Assembly (NCBI GenBank): GCA_900768875.1
Contig: CAAGEP010000003.1
Span: 474,433 to 538,432, forward strand
Reading direction: 5' to 3'
DNA: 64,000 nt
DNA from: Alphaproteobacteria bacterium
GTDB lineage: Bacteria > Pseudomonadota > Alphaproteobacteria > CAAGCB01 > CAG-977
Part shown: positions 1-9,569 of the stretch, in pieces
Layout: the number at the start of each line of letters is the position of its first letter
How positions within the stretch are numbered: the first letter of the stretch is position 1
Program-made: the position numbers and the translations under genes
Notes under the pieces: generated by a model
Database searches by the model: none
What the model saw: the letters and a program-made list of their open reading frames with translations, nothing else
Told to the model about the DNA's origin: nothing

Positions 1-1012
1 CTCCGCCGAAGGAGCCGCCGCGATTTTAATGAACGCAAAAACGGGCGAAATCGTTTCCATGGTATCGTTGCCCGACTTTGATCCGAACAACTTGAAAAGC
101 GCCGCAAAAAGCCAAATATTCAACGCGGCGACTCTGGGCGTTTATGAAGTCGGATCGGTAATGAAAATGTTCAACACCGCCATCGGATTGGAAACCAAAA
201 AAATCAAAGTAACAGACACGATTGACGCGTCGCATCCCGTCGTTTTGGCGAACTACACCATTCAAGACGTGCCTAAACTGCGCCGCGAGCTCAGCGTTCC
301 GGAAATCATGATTCATTCGTCCAATATCGGATCGGCGAAAATCGCTTTGGCGGTCGGGGCGGAAAAGCAGCGTGAATATTTGCGGAAATTCGGATTTTTC
401 ACCGCTCCTCAAATCGAATTGCCCGAAAAGGGACGACCGCTGTACCCGTCGACATGGCGCGACGTCAGCACGGCAACCATCGGTTACGGTTACGGATTGT
501 CCGTATCGCCTCTGCATGTCGTCGCGGCGGCGGCGGCGGTTGTAAACGGCGGCATTTACCACACACCGACTTTGCTGTCCCATCGCTTCAATCAAAAAAA
601 TATCGGCCACCGCGTCATTTCTGACAAGACATCCAAAACAATGCGCGCTATTATGCGCGAAGTCGTCATCAAAGGTTCGGGCCGGCGTGCGAACGTCGCG
701 GGATTCGAGGTCGGCGGCAAAACGGGTTCCGCGCGCAAACTGGTCAACGGCAAATATGTCGAAGGTTCTTTGCGCACGTCGTTTTTGTCGGCTTTCCCCA
801 TGGACGACCCGCAGTATGTTTTAATGGTTATGCTTGATTCGCCAAAAAAAATCAAAGAAACATACTACTTGAACACTGCGGCGTGGAACGCCGTGCCGAC
901 GGCTGAACAGATTATCACGACGGTTGCGCCGCAACTGGGAATCATGCCTCGTCCGTTTGATTCCAAACGCGAAGCGCCGTACGTCAAAGCGGCATTGGAA
1001 TCGCAGGATTGA
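1..1012 (+). CDS. ftsI: Peptidoglycan D,D-transpeptidase FtsI (PBP3), 3' part. The gene starts upstream of the window.
   Basis: In-frame ORF running from the window edge. Transpeptidase motifs are present (SxN as HSSN, and KTGSA). It lies immediately upstream of murE in dcw order. Confidence 0.85.
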   Translation, partial: SAEGAAAILMNAKTGEIVSMVSLPDFDPNNLKSAAKSQIFNAATLGVYEVGSVMKMFNTAIGLETKKIKVTDTIDASHPVVLANYTIQDVPKLRRELSVPEIMIHSSNIGSAKIALAVGAEKQREYLRKFGFFTAPQIELPEKGRPLYPSTWRDVSTATIGYGYGLSVSPLHVVAAAAAVVNGGIYHTPTLLSHRFNQKNIGHRVISDKTSKTMRAIMREVVIKGSGRRANVAGFEVGGKTGSARKLVNGKYVEGSLRTSFLSAFPMDDPQYVLMVMLDSPKKIKETYYLNTAAWNAVPTAEQIITTVAPQLGIMPRPFDSKREAPYVKAALESQD

Positions 1013-1039
1013 CACACTCCTGCGGCAAGGAGAAAAAAC

Positions 1040-3877
1040 GTGCAACTGACAGACCTTTTACGCAAAGCCAACATTCCTTATACGGGCGCGGATTGCGTCA
1101 TTGACGGACTCACCGCCGATTCCAGAAAAGTCGGCAAAAACTTTTTGTTCGCCGCCCTGCCCGGAGTCAAAGCCGACGGAACGGCTTTCCTGCAGGATGC
1201 AAAGGAAGCGGGCGCGGTTGCCGCTTTGGTTCCCGAATCGGCATCGGATTTGCCCGACAACGGCTTGATTTACGTCACGGTCGCCGACGCGCGCAAAGCT
1301 TTGGCTGTCATCGCCGCCGCGTTTTACGGCAAACAGCCCGAAACGGCGGTTTGCGTCACGGGCACGAACGGCAAAACGTCCACGGCGAATTTCTGCCGCC
1401 AAATTTGGGACTTTTTGGGCAAAAAAGGCGCAAGCGTCGGCACTTTGGGCGTTTTGACGGCTGAATTCGCGACATACGGCTCGCTGACCACGCCCGATTC
1501 GGTCACGCTTCATTCCGAACTGAAAGATTTGGCGGACAAAGGCTACAATCATCTGGCGTTCGAAGCGTCTTCGCACGGCATCGAACAGCACCGCATCGAC
1601 GGCATCGCCATTGCCGCGGCGGGCTTTACGAACATCACGCGCGACCATTTGGACTATCACAAAACAATGGAAAACTATCTGGCGGCGAAGCTGGGCTTGT
1701 TCGACCGCCCGCTGTCAACGAAAACCGTTGTTTTGAACGCTGACATTCCCGAATATGACCATATCGCCGACTATTGCCGGCAGCGCGGATTGAAAATCCT
1801 TGATTACGGCAAAAAAGCCAAAGCTTTGCGGCTGATTTCCGCCCGCCACGAAACCAACGGGCAACACTTGGAACTGGAAATTCTGGGCAAACCGTATTCG
1901 ATTCACCTGCCTTTGGCGGGAACGTTCCAAGCCATGAACGCTTTGTGCGCTTTGGGATTGGTTCTGGCGACGGGCGAAGACGCCGATTCTTGCGTCAAAG
2001 CGCTGGAAACGCTGAAAGGCGCGCCGGGACGGCTGGAACACGTTGCCGACCGCAAAAACGGTGCGGCGGTGTATGTCGATTACGCGCACACGCCCGACGC
2101 TTTGGAAACCGTTTTGAACGCTTTGCGCCCGCACACAAAGAACCGCCTGTGCGTCGTGTTCGGCTGCGGCGGCGACCGCGACCCCGGAAAGCGTCCTCAA
2201 ATGGGCGCGATTTGCAATGCTTTGGCGGATGTGGTTTACGTCACGGACGACAACCCCCGTTCCGAAGAACCGGCGATTATCCGCGCCGCGATTTTGCCCG
2301 CCTGCCCCAAAGGCATCAACGTCGGCAACCGCGCTTTGGCAATCGAGGAAGCCGTCGAACAGCTGGAAGCGGGCGATATTCTGGTCGTCGCGGGCAAAGG
2401 ACACGAAACGGGACAGCTGATAAAGGGCGTCATGCATCCTTTTGACGACCGCGAGGAAGTCCGCAAAGCCGTCGCTTTGGCGGATACGCCGCTATGGACG
2501 GCGGAAGCCGTGGCGCACGCGACAAACGGGCGCGCGGGCAGCGACTTTGCGATAACGGGCGTTTCGATTGATTCGCGCACCGTCAAGGCGGGCGATTTGT
2601 ACATCGCTTTAATCGGCGAACGGCTGGACGGACACGCTTTCGCGGCGCAAGCTTTGGAAAAAGGCGCGGCGGGCGTTCTGGTGTCGAAACTGCCCGAAAA
2701 CATTCCTTTGGAACAAGTGATTCTGGTGTCCGACACGACCAAAGCGTTAAACGATTTGGCTGTCGCCGCGCGTTCCAGAACATCGGCGAAAATCATCGGC
2801 GTTACAGGCAGTTCCGGCAAAACCAGCACCAAGGAAATGCTGAAAATCGCGTTGTCTTCGGTCGGACGGACTCACACGACCACGGGCAATCTGAACAACA
2901 CCGTCGGCTTGCCTTTGACGTTGGCGCGCATGCCCGAAAAAACGGATTTCGCCGTGATTGAAATGGGCATCAATCACGCGGGTGAAATGGCGGAACTGAC
3001 GGCGCTGACCCGTCCCGACATCGCCGTTATCACCATGATCGGCACGGCGCACCACGAATTTTTCAAAACCCCCGACGACACCGCCCTTGCCAAAGCCGAA
3101 ATTTTCGAAGGCATGACCGATAAGGGAATCGTGTTTTTGAACGCCGACAACCCGCAATTCGAGCTGTTGCAAAAAGAAGCCAAAAAAGCGGGCATCGAGG
3201 ACATCCGCACGTTCGGCACGCGCGCCGAAAACAACGTCGGGCTGATTTACTGCGCCGAAACGGCTGACGAAACGCTTGTCACCGCCCGCGTCGAACCCGC
3301 GCGCTATTCCTACACTCTGCACATGCCGGGGAAACATCAAGTCATGAACAGCCTTGCGGTCGTGGGTGTTTTGGACGCTTTGAACGTCGACATGGCTTCG
3401 GCTTTGCAAAGTTTGGGGCGGCTGTACCCGACGGCGGGACGCGGCAAGCGTTACGTCCTGCCCTGCGCGGACGGCGAATTCACGCTGATAGACGACGCGT
3501 ACAACGCCAACCCCGAATCCATGGCGGCGGGACTGGAAGTCCTCGGCACGCTTGCCCCCGAAAAGGACGGTCGCCGCATTGCCGTTTTGGGCGATATGCT
3601 GGAACTGGGCGACGAATCCGAAAGCCTGCATCTGGGATTGAAAAAAAGCATTGAAGACAATCACATCGACCTTGTGTTCGCGGCGGGCATCGAAACGGGC
3701 AAGCTGTTTGACAATCTGCCCCCCGAAAATCAAGGCGCAAAAGCCTTGACTTCCGCGGAATTGGCGGATACCGTCGCCCAAGCCGTCCGCCCCGGCGACG
3801 TCGTTTTCGTCAAAGGATCGTTCGGCAGCAAAATGACGCTGATTGTCAAAAAATTGAAAAACTTGAACAACGGATAA
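1040..3877 (+). CDS. murE-murF: In-frame fusion of MurE (UDP-MurNAc-tripeptide synthetase, meso-DAP-adding) and MurF (UDP-MurNAc-pentapeptide synthetase). The protein is 945 aa.
   Basis: A single ORF with no stop. The N-terminal ~480 aa are MurE-like (MQLTDLLRKANIPYTGADCVIDGLTADSRKV, ending GKGHETGQLIKGVMHPFDDREEV). These continue directly into a MurF-like N-terminus (LWTAEAVAHATNGRAGSDFAITGVSIDSRTV) that runs to the stop. Confidence 0.85.
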   Translation: MQLTDLLRKANIPYTGADCVIDGLTADSRKVGKNFLFAALPGVKADGTAFLQDAKEAGAVAALVPESASDLPDNGLIYVTVADARKALAVIAAAFYGKQPETAVCVTGTNGKTSTANFCRQIWDFLGKKGASVGTLGVLTAEFATYGSLTTPDSVTLHSELKDLADKGYNHLAFEASSHGIEQHRIDGIAIAAAGFTNITRDHLDYHKTMENYLAAKLGLFDRPLSTKTVVLNADIPEYDHIADYCRQRGLKILDYGKKAKALRLISARHETNGQHLELEILGKPYSIHLPLAGTFQAMNALCALGLVLATGEDADSCVKALETLKGAPGRLEHVADRKNGAAVYVDYAHTPDALETVLNALRPHTKNRLCVVFGCGGDRDPGKRPQMGAICNALADVVYVTDDNPRSEEPAIIRAAILPACPKGINVGNRALAIEEAVEQLEAGDILVVAGKGHETGQLIKGVMHPFDDREEVRKAVALADTPLWTAEAVAHATNGRAGSDFAITGVSIDSRTVKAGDLYIALIGERLDGHAFAAQALEKGAAGVLVSKLPENIPLEQVILVSDTTKALNDLAVAARSRTSAKIIGVTGSSGKTSTKEMLKIALSSVGRTHTTTGNLNNTVGLPLTLARMPEKTDFAVIEMGINHAGEMAELTALTRPDIAVITMIGTAHHEFFKTPDDTALAKAEIFEGMTDKGIVFLNADNPQFELLQKEAKKAGIEDIRTFGTRAENNVGLIYCAETADETLVTARVEPARYSYTLHMPGKHQVMNSLAVVGVLDALNVDMASALQSLGRLYPTAGRGKRYVLPCADGEFTLIDDAYNANPESMAAGLEVLGTLAPEKDGRRIAVLGDMLELGDESESLHLGLKKSIEDNHIDLVFAAGIETGKLFDNLPPENQGAKALTSAELADTVAQAVRPGDVVFVKGSFGSKMTLIVKKLKNLNNG

Positions 3878-3883
3878 TTCGTT

Positions 3884-4969
3884 ATGCTTTACAACCTGCT
3901 TTATCCCCTGTCGTCGCAGTATTCGTTCCTGAACATCTTTAAATACCTGACGTTCAGAACGGGCGGCGCGATTTTCACGGCTTTGATTGTGTGCTTCATC
4001 ATCGGTCCGACGCTGATTCATTGGCTGAAAGACAAACAGCATTGCTGTCAGCCGATTCGCTCTGACGGTCCCGAAACCCACTTGAAAAAGCAGGGAACGC
4101 CGACCATGGGCGGGCTGATGATTCTGGCGTCGCTGACCGTTTCGACCGTGTTGTGGGCGGATTGGAAAAGCGCGTATGTCTGGCTGGCTTTGGGATTGAC
4201 GCTGTGTTTCGGCGTCATCGGTTTCGCGGACGATTATCTGAAAGTGTCGCGTAAAAGCTCGGGCGGCATGCGCGGAAAGTTAAAGCTGGTCTGCGAATTC
4301 GCGGTTGCGGGCTTTGTCGCATGGTACATCACGAAAATCACGGTCACCCCGACGGCGACGACTTTGACGTTTCCGTTCTTTAAAAACTGGGCTGTCAACC
4401 TGTGCTGGGCATATTTGCCGTTTGCGATGTTCGTCATCGTGGGATCCGCCAACGCCGTCAATCTGACCGACGGACTGGACGGATTGGCGACCGTGCCCGT
4501 GATGATTGTTTCCGCCGTGTTCATGATTATCAGCTATGTTGCGGGACATGCGGCTTTTGCGGCGTATCTGCAGCTGCCTTATATCGCAGGATCGGGCGAA
4601 TTGTCCGTCTTTTGCGGCGCGCTTATCGGCGCGGGCATGGGATTTTTGTGGTTTAACGCGCCCCCTGCCAAAATCTTTATGGGCGACACGGGATCGCTGG
4701 CGCTGGGCGGCGCATTGGGCGCGCTGAGCGTCGCCACGAAGCACGAAATCGTTTTGGCGATTGCGGGCGGACTGTTTGTCGCAGAAACCCTGTCAGTCAT
4801 CATCCAAGTTCTGGCATATAAGACGACTCATCACCGTGTTTTCAAAATGGCGCCCTTGCACCATCATTTTGAAAAGCTGGGCTGGTCGGAATTGACGGTC
4901 GTCGTCCGTTTTTGGATTGTCGCCATGATTTTGGGCTTGATAGCGTTGTCAACTTTAAAGATTCGGTAA
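3884..4969 (+). CDS. mraY: Phospho-N-acetylmuramoyl-pentapeptide transferase MraY.
   Basis: 361 aa polytopic membrane protein with the typical MraY N-terminus and motifs. dcw position. Confidence 0.9.
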   Translation: MLYNLLYPLSSQYSFLNIFKYLTFRTGGAIFTALIVCFIIGPTLIHWLKDKQHCCQPIRSDGPETHLKKQGTPTMGGLMILASLTVSTVLWADWKSAYVWLALGLTLCFGVIGFADDYLKVSRKSSGGMRGKLKLVCEFAVAGFVAWYITKITVTPTATTLTFPFFKNWAVNLCWAYLPFAMFVIVGSANAVNLTDGLDGLATVPVMIVSAVFMIISYVAGHAAFAAYLQLPYIAGSGELSVFCGALIGAGMGFLWFNAPPAKIFMGDTGSLALGGALGALSVATKHEIVLAIAGGLFVAETLSVIIQVLAYKTTHHRVFKMAPLHHHFEKLGWSELTVVVRFWIVAMILGLIALSTLKIR

Positions 4970-4972
4970 AGC

Positions 4973-6103
4973 ATGAAAACAGCGATAGCCAGAACGGACA
5001 ACAGCGTTTTGGGGCGGTGGTGGTGGACCATTGACCGCCCTTTGCTGGCTATGCTGTTTGTTTTGTTCGGCATCGGCATCGTGCTGACTTTTTCGGCCAC
5101 ACCCGCGATTGCAAAACATTTGAGGCTGGATATTTACTTCCTTATCCGGCATCAAGTCGTTTTCATGGGCTTGTCGGCACTTTTGATGATAGGCATTTCA
5201 ATCCAGTCTCCGAAAACAATCCGCCTTATCAGTCTGGCGACAATGGCGGCAATGCTGGTTTGTCTGGTTTTGGTGCTTGTCCACGGCACGCAAATCAAAG
5301 GCGCGTCGCGCTGGATTCGCATTTTCGGCGTGTCGCTGCAGCCTTCGGAATTCGCCAAGCCCGCCTTTGCCGTCGTCGCGGCATGGCTGATTTCTTTGGG
5401 CAAAGCCAACCCTCACATCAAAGGCACGCTTTGGACGGCGGGGCTTTACCTGATACTGGTCGGACTGCTGATTAAACAGCCCGATTTCGGCATGGTGCTG
5501 ACGGTCAGCGTGATTTTCGGAATCGAATTGTTTTTAAGCGGTCTGCCGATGTCGTGGATTTCCGCGCTGATACTGATTGGCGGGATAGGTTCTACTTCGG
5601 CTTATTTCCTGCTTCCCCACGTTCAAGCGCGCATTGATCGTTTTTTAAATCCGGAATCGGGGGATACGTTCCAAGTCCGCACTGCCTTTGAAGCGATTAA
5701 AAACGGCGGGCTGTTCGGCACGGGACCGGGGGAAGGAACGGTTAAAAACATCCTGCCCGACGCGCATACGGATTTCGTGCTGGCGGTCGCGGCGGAAGAA
5801 TTCGGGTTAATCGTAACCCTGTTTGTCGTCGGCATTTTTGCGGCGATTGTTTACCGCGGCTTTCTGTTGATTTTGACCAAAGACAAAAATCTGTTCACTT
5901 TGCTGGCGGTGTCGGGATTGCTCGCGCAGTTCGGCATGCAGGCGCTGGTCAATATGGCGTCAACGCTGAGCTTGATTCCCACCAAAGGCATGACTTTGCC
6001 GTTCGTTTCGTACGGCGGGTCTTCTTTGCTGTCGCTGGGGTTTGCGATGGGCATGGTTTTGGGGCTGACGCGCAGCACGAATACGGGAAAGGATACACCA
6101 TGA
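4973..6103 (+). CDS. ftsW: Cell division SEDS-family peptidoglycan glycosyltransferase FtsW.
   Basis: 376 aa SEDS-like membrane protein. It starts 3 nt after the mraY stop, so there is no murD between them. Confidence 0.85.
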   Translation: MKTAIARTDNSVLGRWWWTIDRPLLAMLFVLFGIGIVLTFSATPAIAKHLRLDIYFLIRHQVVFMGLSALLMIGISIQSPKTIRLISLATMAAMLVCLVLVLVHGTQIKGASRWIRIFGVSLQPSEFAKPAFAVVAAWLISLGKANPHIKGTLWTAGLYLILVGLLIKQPDFGMVLTVSVIFGIELFLSGLPMSWISALILIGGIGSTSAYFLLPHVQARIDRFLNPESGDTFQVRTAFEAIKNGGLFGTGPGEGTVKNILPDAHTDFVLAVAAEEFGLIVTLFVVGIFAAIVYRGFLLILTKDKNLFTLLAVSGLLAQFGMQALVNMASTLSLIPTKGMTLPFVSYGGSSLLSLGFAMGMVLGLTRSTNTGKDTP

Positions 6104-7188
6104 CGGATACTTACGTTTTAACGGCGGGCGGCACGGGCGGACACGTTTTCCCCGCGCAAGCTCTGGCGGCGGAGCTGACCGACCGCGGCAACGCCGTTTG
6201 CTTTATCACGGACAGACGCGGCAATTCGTTTTCGGGACAGTTTCCGCAAAGCAAAGAATACCGCGTGTTTGCGGGGGCTTATGCGAATCTGGGCAAAGTC
6301 CGCAAAATCAAAGCGCTGATATTGATGGCGTTCGGTATTTTGCAATGTCTGTTCATCTTGCGCAAAATCAAGCCCAAAGCCGTTGTCGGATTCGGCGGAT
6401 ACGCGTCGTTTCCCGCCGCTTTTGCCGCGGGGATTTTGGGCATTCCCCTTGTCCTGCACGAACAAAACAGCGTTTTGGGCGGTGCGAACCGCGTCCTTGC
6501 CAAACGGGCGAGCCTGATTGCGACTACGTTTCCGAACGTTGCCAAAATCCCCCCGAAAATCAAGACCGCTTACACGGGCGTTCCCGTCCGTCCCGCGATT
6601 CTGGCGTTAAGCGGCGTGCCGTATCAAGCCCCCGCCGACACGTTCGATTTGCTGATTTTCGGCGGATCACAGGGCGCGCACATCTTGAGCGAAGTCATCC
6701 CCGAAGCTTTGAAAGCCCTGCCCGTTTCCGTCAAATACCGGTTGACCGCCTCACAGCAGGCGCGGGCGGCTGACTTGCCCGCTTTGGAACGGGCGTACGC
6801 CGACAGCGGATTGAAAATCGAACTTGCGCCGTTTTTTTCGGACATGGACAAACGGCTGGCGAAAGCAAGCCTTGTCATTTGCCGCGCGGGCGCGTCCACT
6901 ATCGCCGAACTGACCGCCGCGGGACGCCCCGCCGTCATCGTGCCGATTTTGCGTTCCCCCGACGCGCACCAGCTGCATAACGCCGAGTTTATGAGCCAAA
7001 ACAACGCCGCTTTTCTGATAGAAGAACCCGACTTTACCCCAGAAAAGCTGACGGCGTTAATTACAGAATTGTTTAACGACGCAAAAAAGCTTATAACTGT
7101 AGCGAACAATGCAAAACTTTTGGCTAAACCCGACGCGGCGACGCTGTTGGCGGATGCCGTTATCGAAACAGGAAACGCTAAACAATGA
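6100..7188 (+). CDS. murG: UDP-GlcNAc:undecaprenyl-PP-MurNAc-pentapeptide GlcNAc transferase MurG.
   Basis: 362 aa. GTGGHVFPA motif at the N-terminus. Overlaps the ftsW stop by 4 nt. Confidence 0.9.
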   Translation: MTDTYVLTAGGTGGHVFPAQALAAELTDRGNAVCFITDRRGNSFSGQFPQSKEYRVFAGAYANLGKVRKIKALILMAFGILQCLFILRKIKPKAVVGFGGYASFPAAFAAGILGIPLVLHEQNSVLGGANRVLAKRASLIATTFPNVAKIPPKIKTAYTGVPVRPAILALSGVPYQAPADTFDLLIFGGSQGAHILSEVIPEALKALPVSVKYRLTASQQARAADLPALERAYADSGLKIELAPFFSDMDKRLAKASLVICRAGASTIAELTAAGRPAVIVPILRSPDAHQLHNAEFMSQNNAAFLIEEPDFTPEKLTALITELFNDAKKLITVANNAKLLAKPDAATLLADAVIETGNAKQ

Positions 7189-8609
7189 CCAATTTGCCCT
7201 TTTCGTTCGGAACGCTTCACTTTGTAGGCATCGGCGGCAGCGGGATGAGCTGCATCGCCGAACTGATGCACAACCTTGGCTATGACGTGCAGGGATCGGA
7301 CATTTCCGAATCCGCCAACGTCAAGCGTCTGCGCGCCATGGGCATCAACATCTTCATCGGACACAAGCCCGAAAACGTCCAAAACGCGGGCGTTGTCGTC
7401 GTGTCGTCCGCCATTCACGGGGACAACCCCGAAATCGCCGAAGCGCGCAAGCACCGCATCCCCGTCGTGCGCCGTTCGGAAATGCTGGCGGAACTGATGC
7501 GTCTGAAATGGTCGGTCGCGGTCGGCGGAACGCACGGCAAAACGACGACGACATCCATGATTGGCGCGGTTTTGCAGGCGGCGGGGCTTGACCCCACGGT
7601 TGCGAACGGCGGCATTATCAATTCCTACGGCACGAACGCGCATTTGGGCGACGGGAAATGGCTGGTCGCCGAAGCCGACGAATCGGACGGCAGCTTTATC
7701 AAACTGCCCGCCACCGCCGTCGTGGTTACGAATATGGACCCCGAACATCTGAACTATTACGGCACTTACGATAAAATGAAAGACGCGTATCTGAGCTTTG
7801 TTCAAAACATTCCGTTTTACGGATTCGCGTGCCTGTGTGCCGATCACCCCGAAGTCCAAAAGCTTATCGGACATGTGTCCGACCGCCATATCATCACTTA
7901 CGGCTTGACCCCGCAGGCGGAAGTCAGCGGTCAAATCCAAAACGCCGAACCGGGGATGATTACTTTTGACGCGGTCATCGCTCCCGAAGTGTCGCCGACG
8001 GGACAGGAATGGCGAATCGAAGGATTGCAGCTGCCCGTTTACGGTCGCCACAACGTCCAAAACGCTTTGGCGGCGATTGCGGTCGGGCTTCAGCTGGGCG
8101 TGAAAGAAGACGCGATTCGCACCGCTTTGGCAAATTTCAAGGGCGTGCAAAGACGCTTTACCAAACGCGGCGAAGTCAACGGCATTACGATTATCGACGA
8201 TTACGGTCATCATCCGATTGAAATCGCATCGACTTTGAAAGCCGCGCGCGACGTTGCGAAAAAGAAAGTCATCGCCGTCTGGCAGCCGCACCGCTATACG
8301 CGCGTTGCCGATTTGTTTGAACAGTTCTGCACCGCGTTCAACGATGCTGACTGCGTAATCGTCGCCGACATTTACGCGGCGGGCGAAGACGAAATTCCGT
8401 CCGCGAACAAACAGGCTTTGGTCGACGGACTGCGCGCGCACGGTCACCGCAACGTCATCGAGCTGGACAAGCACGAAGACTTGGCGGGCATCATCGCCGA
8501 ACAGGCAAGCAAGGACGACATCGTGATTTGCTTGGGCGCGGGCAGCATTTCCTCGTGGGCAAAGGCTCTGCCCGCCGAATTGGAAGCTTTGTTTGCGGCG
8601 AAAGGATAA
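7185..8609 (+). CDS. murC: UDP-N-acetylmuramate--L-alanine ligase MurC.
   Basis: 474 aa. Mur ligase motifs are present (GIGGSGMS, GTHGKTTTT). Confidence 0.9.
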   Translation: MTNLPFSFGTLHFVGIGGSGMSCIAELMHNLGYDVQGSDISESANVKRLRAMGINIFIGHKPENVQNAGVVVVSSAIHGDNPEIAEARKHRIPVVRRSEMLAELMRLKWSVAVGGTHGKTTTTSMIGAVLQAAGLDPTVANGGIINSYGTNAHLGDGKWLVAEADESDGSFIKLPATAVVVTNMDPEHLNYYGTYDKMKDAYLSFVQNIPFYGFACLCADHPEVQKLIGHVSDRHIITYGLTPQAEVSGQIQNAEPGMITFDAVIAPEVSPTGQEWRIEGLQLPVYGRHNVQNALAAIAVGLQLGVKEDAIRTALANFKGVQRRFTKRGEVNGITIIDDYGHHPIEIASTLKAARDVAKKKVIAVWQPHRYTRVADLFEQFCTAFNDADCVIVADIYAAGEDEIPSANKQALVDGLRAHGHRNVIELDKHEDLAGIIAEQASKDDIVICLGAGSISSWAKALPAELEALFAAKG

Positions 8610-8612
8610 GCT

Positions 8613-9569
8613 ATGTTTTCGTGGTTTCGACATCTGTTTTCAAAATCCCCGTCGTTAAAGGACTTGATGCCTCCCGTCCGCGGACGCGTTACGGAAAACG
8701 CGCCGTTGGCTCAGCTGACGTGGCTGGGGGTCGGCGGTCCCGCGGAAGTGCTGTTTGAACCGGCGGACAAAGACGACTTGGCGTTCTTTTTAAAAGCCAA
8801 AGTCAACACGCCCGTCACGGTCATCGGCGGCGGCTCCAATCTGTTGATTCGCGACGGCGGAATCCCCGGCGTCGTCATCCGTCTGACATCGGGATTTAAA
8901 AAGATTCGCGTCGACGGCGACAAAATCATCTGCGACGCGGCGGTCAAAAACACGGAAATCGCCCAAGCCGCTTTGGAAGCGGGCTTGTCGGGCTTTGAGT
9001 TTATGGTCGGCATCCCCGGCACCATCGGCGGCGCGGTTCGCATGAACGCGGGCGCGCACGGCGGATGCGTCGCGGACAGGCTGGTCGAACTGAACGGGTT
9101 GGAACAGTCGGGCGCGGAAATCCGGTTGACGCGCGACGAAATTCCGTTCGATTACCGCGAAAACGCTTTGCCATCGGGCTGGATTTTCACGGATGTCGTT
9201 TTAAAAGGCGTTCCCGACACGCAAGAATCCATCGCCGCGCGAATGACGGAATTCAAAAAATTGCGTAAACAAAGCCAGCCGACGGGTGTCCGCACGGCGG
9301 GGTCGATGTTTAAAAATCCCGTCGGATTGAAAGCTTGGCAGCTGATTGAAAAGGCGGGATGCCGCGGACTGCGCGTCGGCAACGCGATTGTGTCGGAAAA
9401 GCATGCGAATTTCTTTGTGAATTTGGGCGGCGCAACGGCGCGCGACTTTGAAACGCTGGCGGAAGAAGTGCAAAAACGCGTTTGGGAAACCAGCGAAATC
9501 AATTTGGAATGGGAAGTCCGCCGCGTCGGCGTGAAACCCAAAGCTTTCAGCACGTTCGGAGGAAAATAA
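8613..9569 (+). CDS. murB: UDP-N-acetylenolpyruvoylglucosamine reductase MurB.
   Basis: 318 aa. FAD-binding N-terminal region (LGVGGPAEVLFEP...VIGGGSNLLIRDGG). Lying between murC and ddl matches the alphaproteobacterial dcw order. Confidence 0.85.
   Translation: MFSWFRHLFSKSPSLKDLMPPVRGRVTENAPLAQLTWLGVGGPAEVLFEPADKDDLAFFLKAKVNTPVTVIGGGSNLLIRDGGIPGVVIRLTSGFKKIRVDGDKIICDAAVKNTEIAQAALEAGLSGFEFMVGIPGTIGGAVRMNAGAHGGCVADRLVELNGLEQSGAEIRLTRDEIPFDYRENALPSGWIFTDVVLKGVPDTQESIAARMTEFKKLRKQSQPTGVRTAGSMFKNPVGLKAWQLIEKAGCRGLRVGNAIVSEKHANFFVNLGGATARDFETLAEEVQKRVWETSEINLEWEVRRVGVKPKAFSTFGGK

Noticed and set aside
2747-4081. 444-aa minus-strand ORF inside murE-murF/mraY. Similar long antisense ORFs occur at 6624-8633 (669 aa), 9152-10558 (468 aa), 15746-16801, 19959-20987, 21180-22274, 43568-45187, 45969-46979 and 47430-48614.
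   Set aside because: All lie antisense to well-supported conserved genes, are Arg/Gly/Ala-rich with no recognisable domains, and are the usual stop-codon-poor antisense frames of GC-rich DNA.
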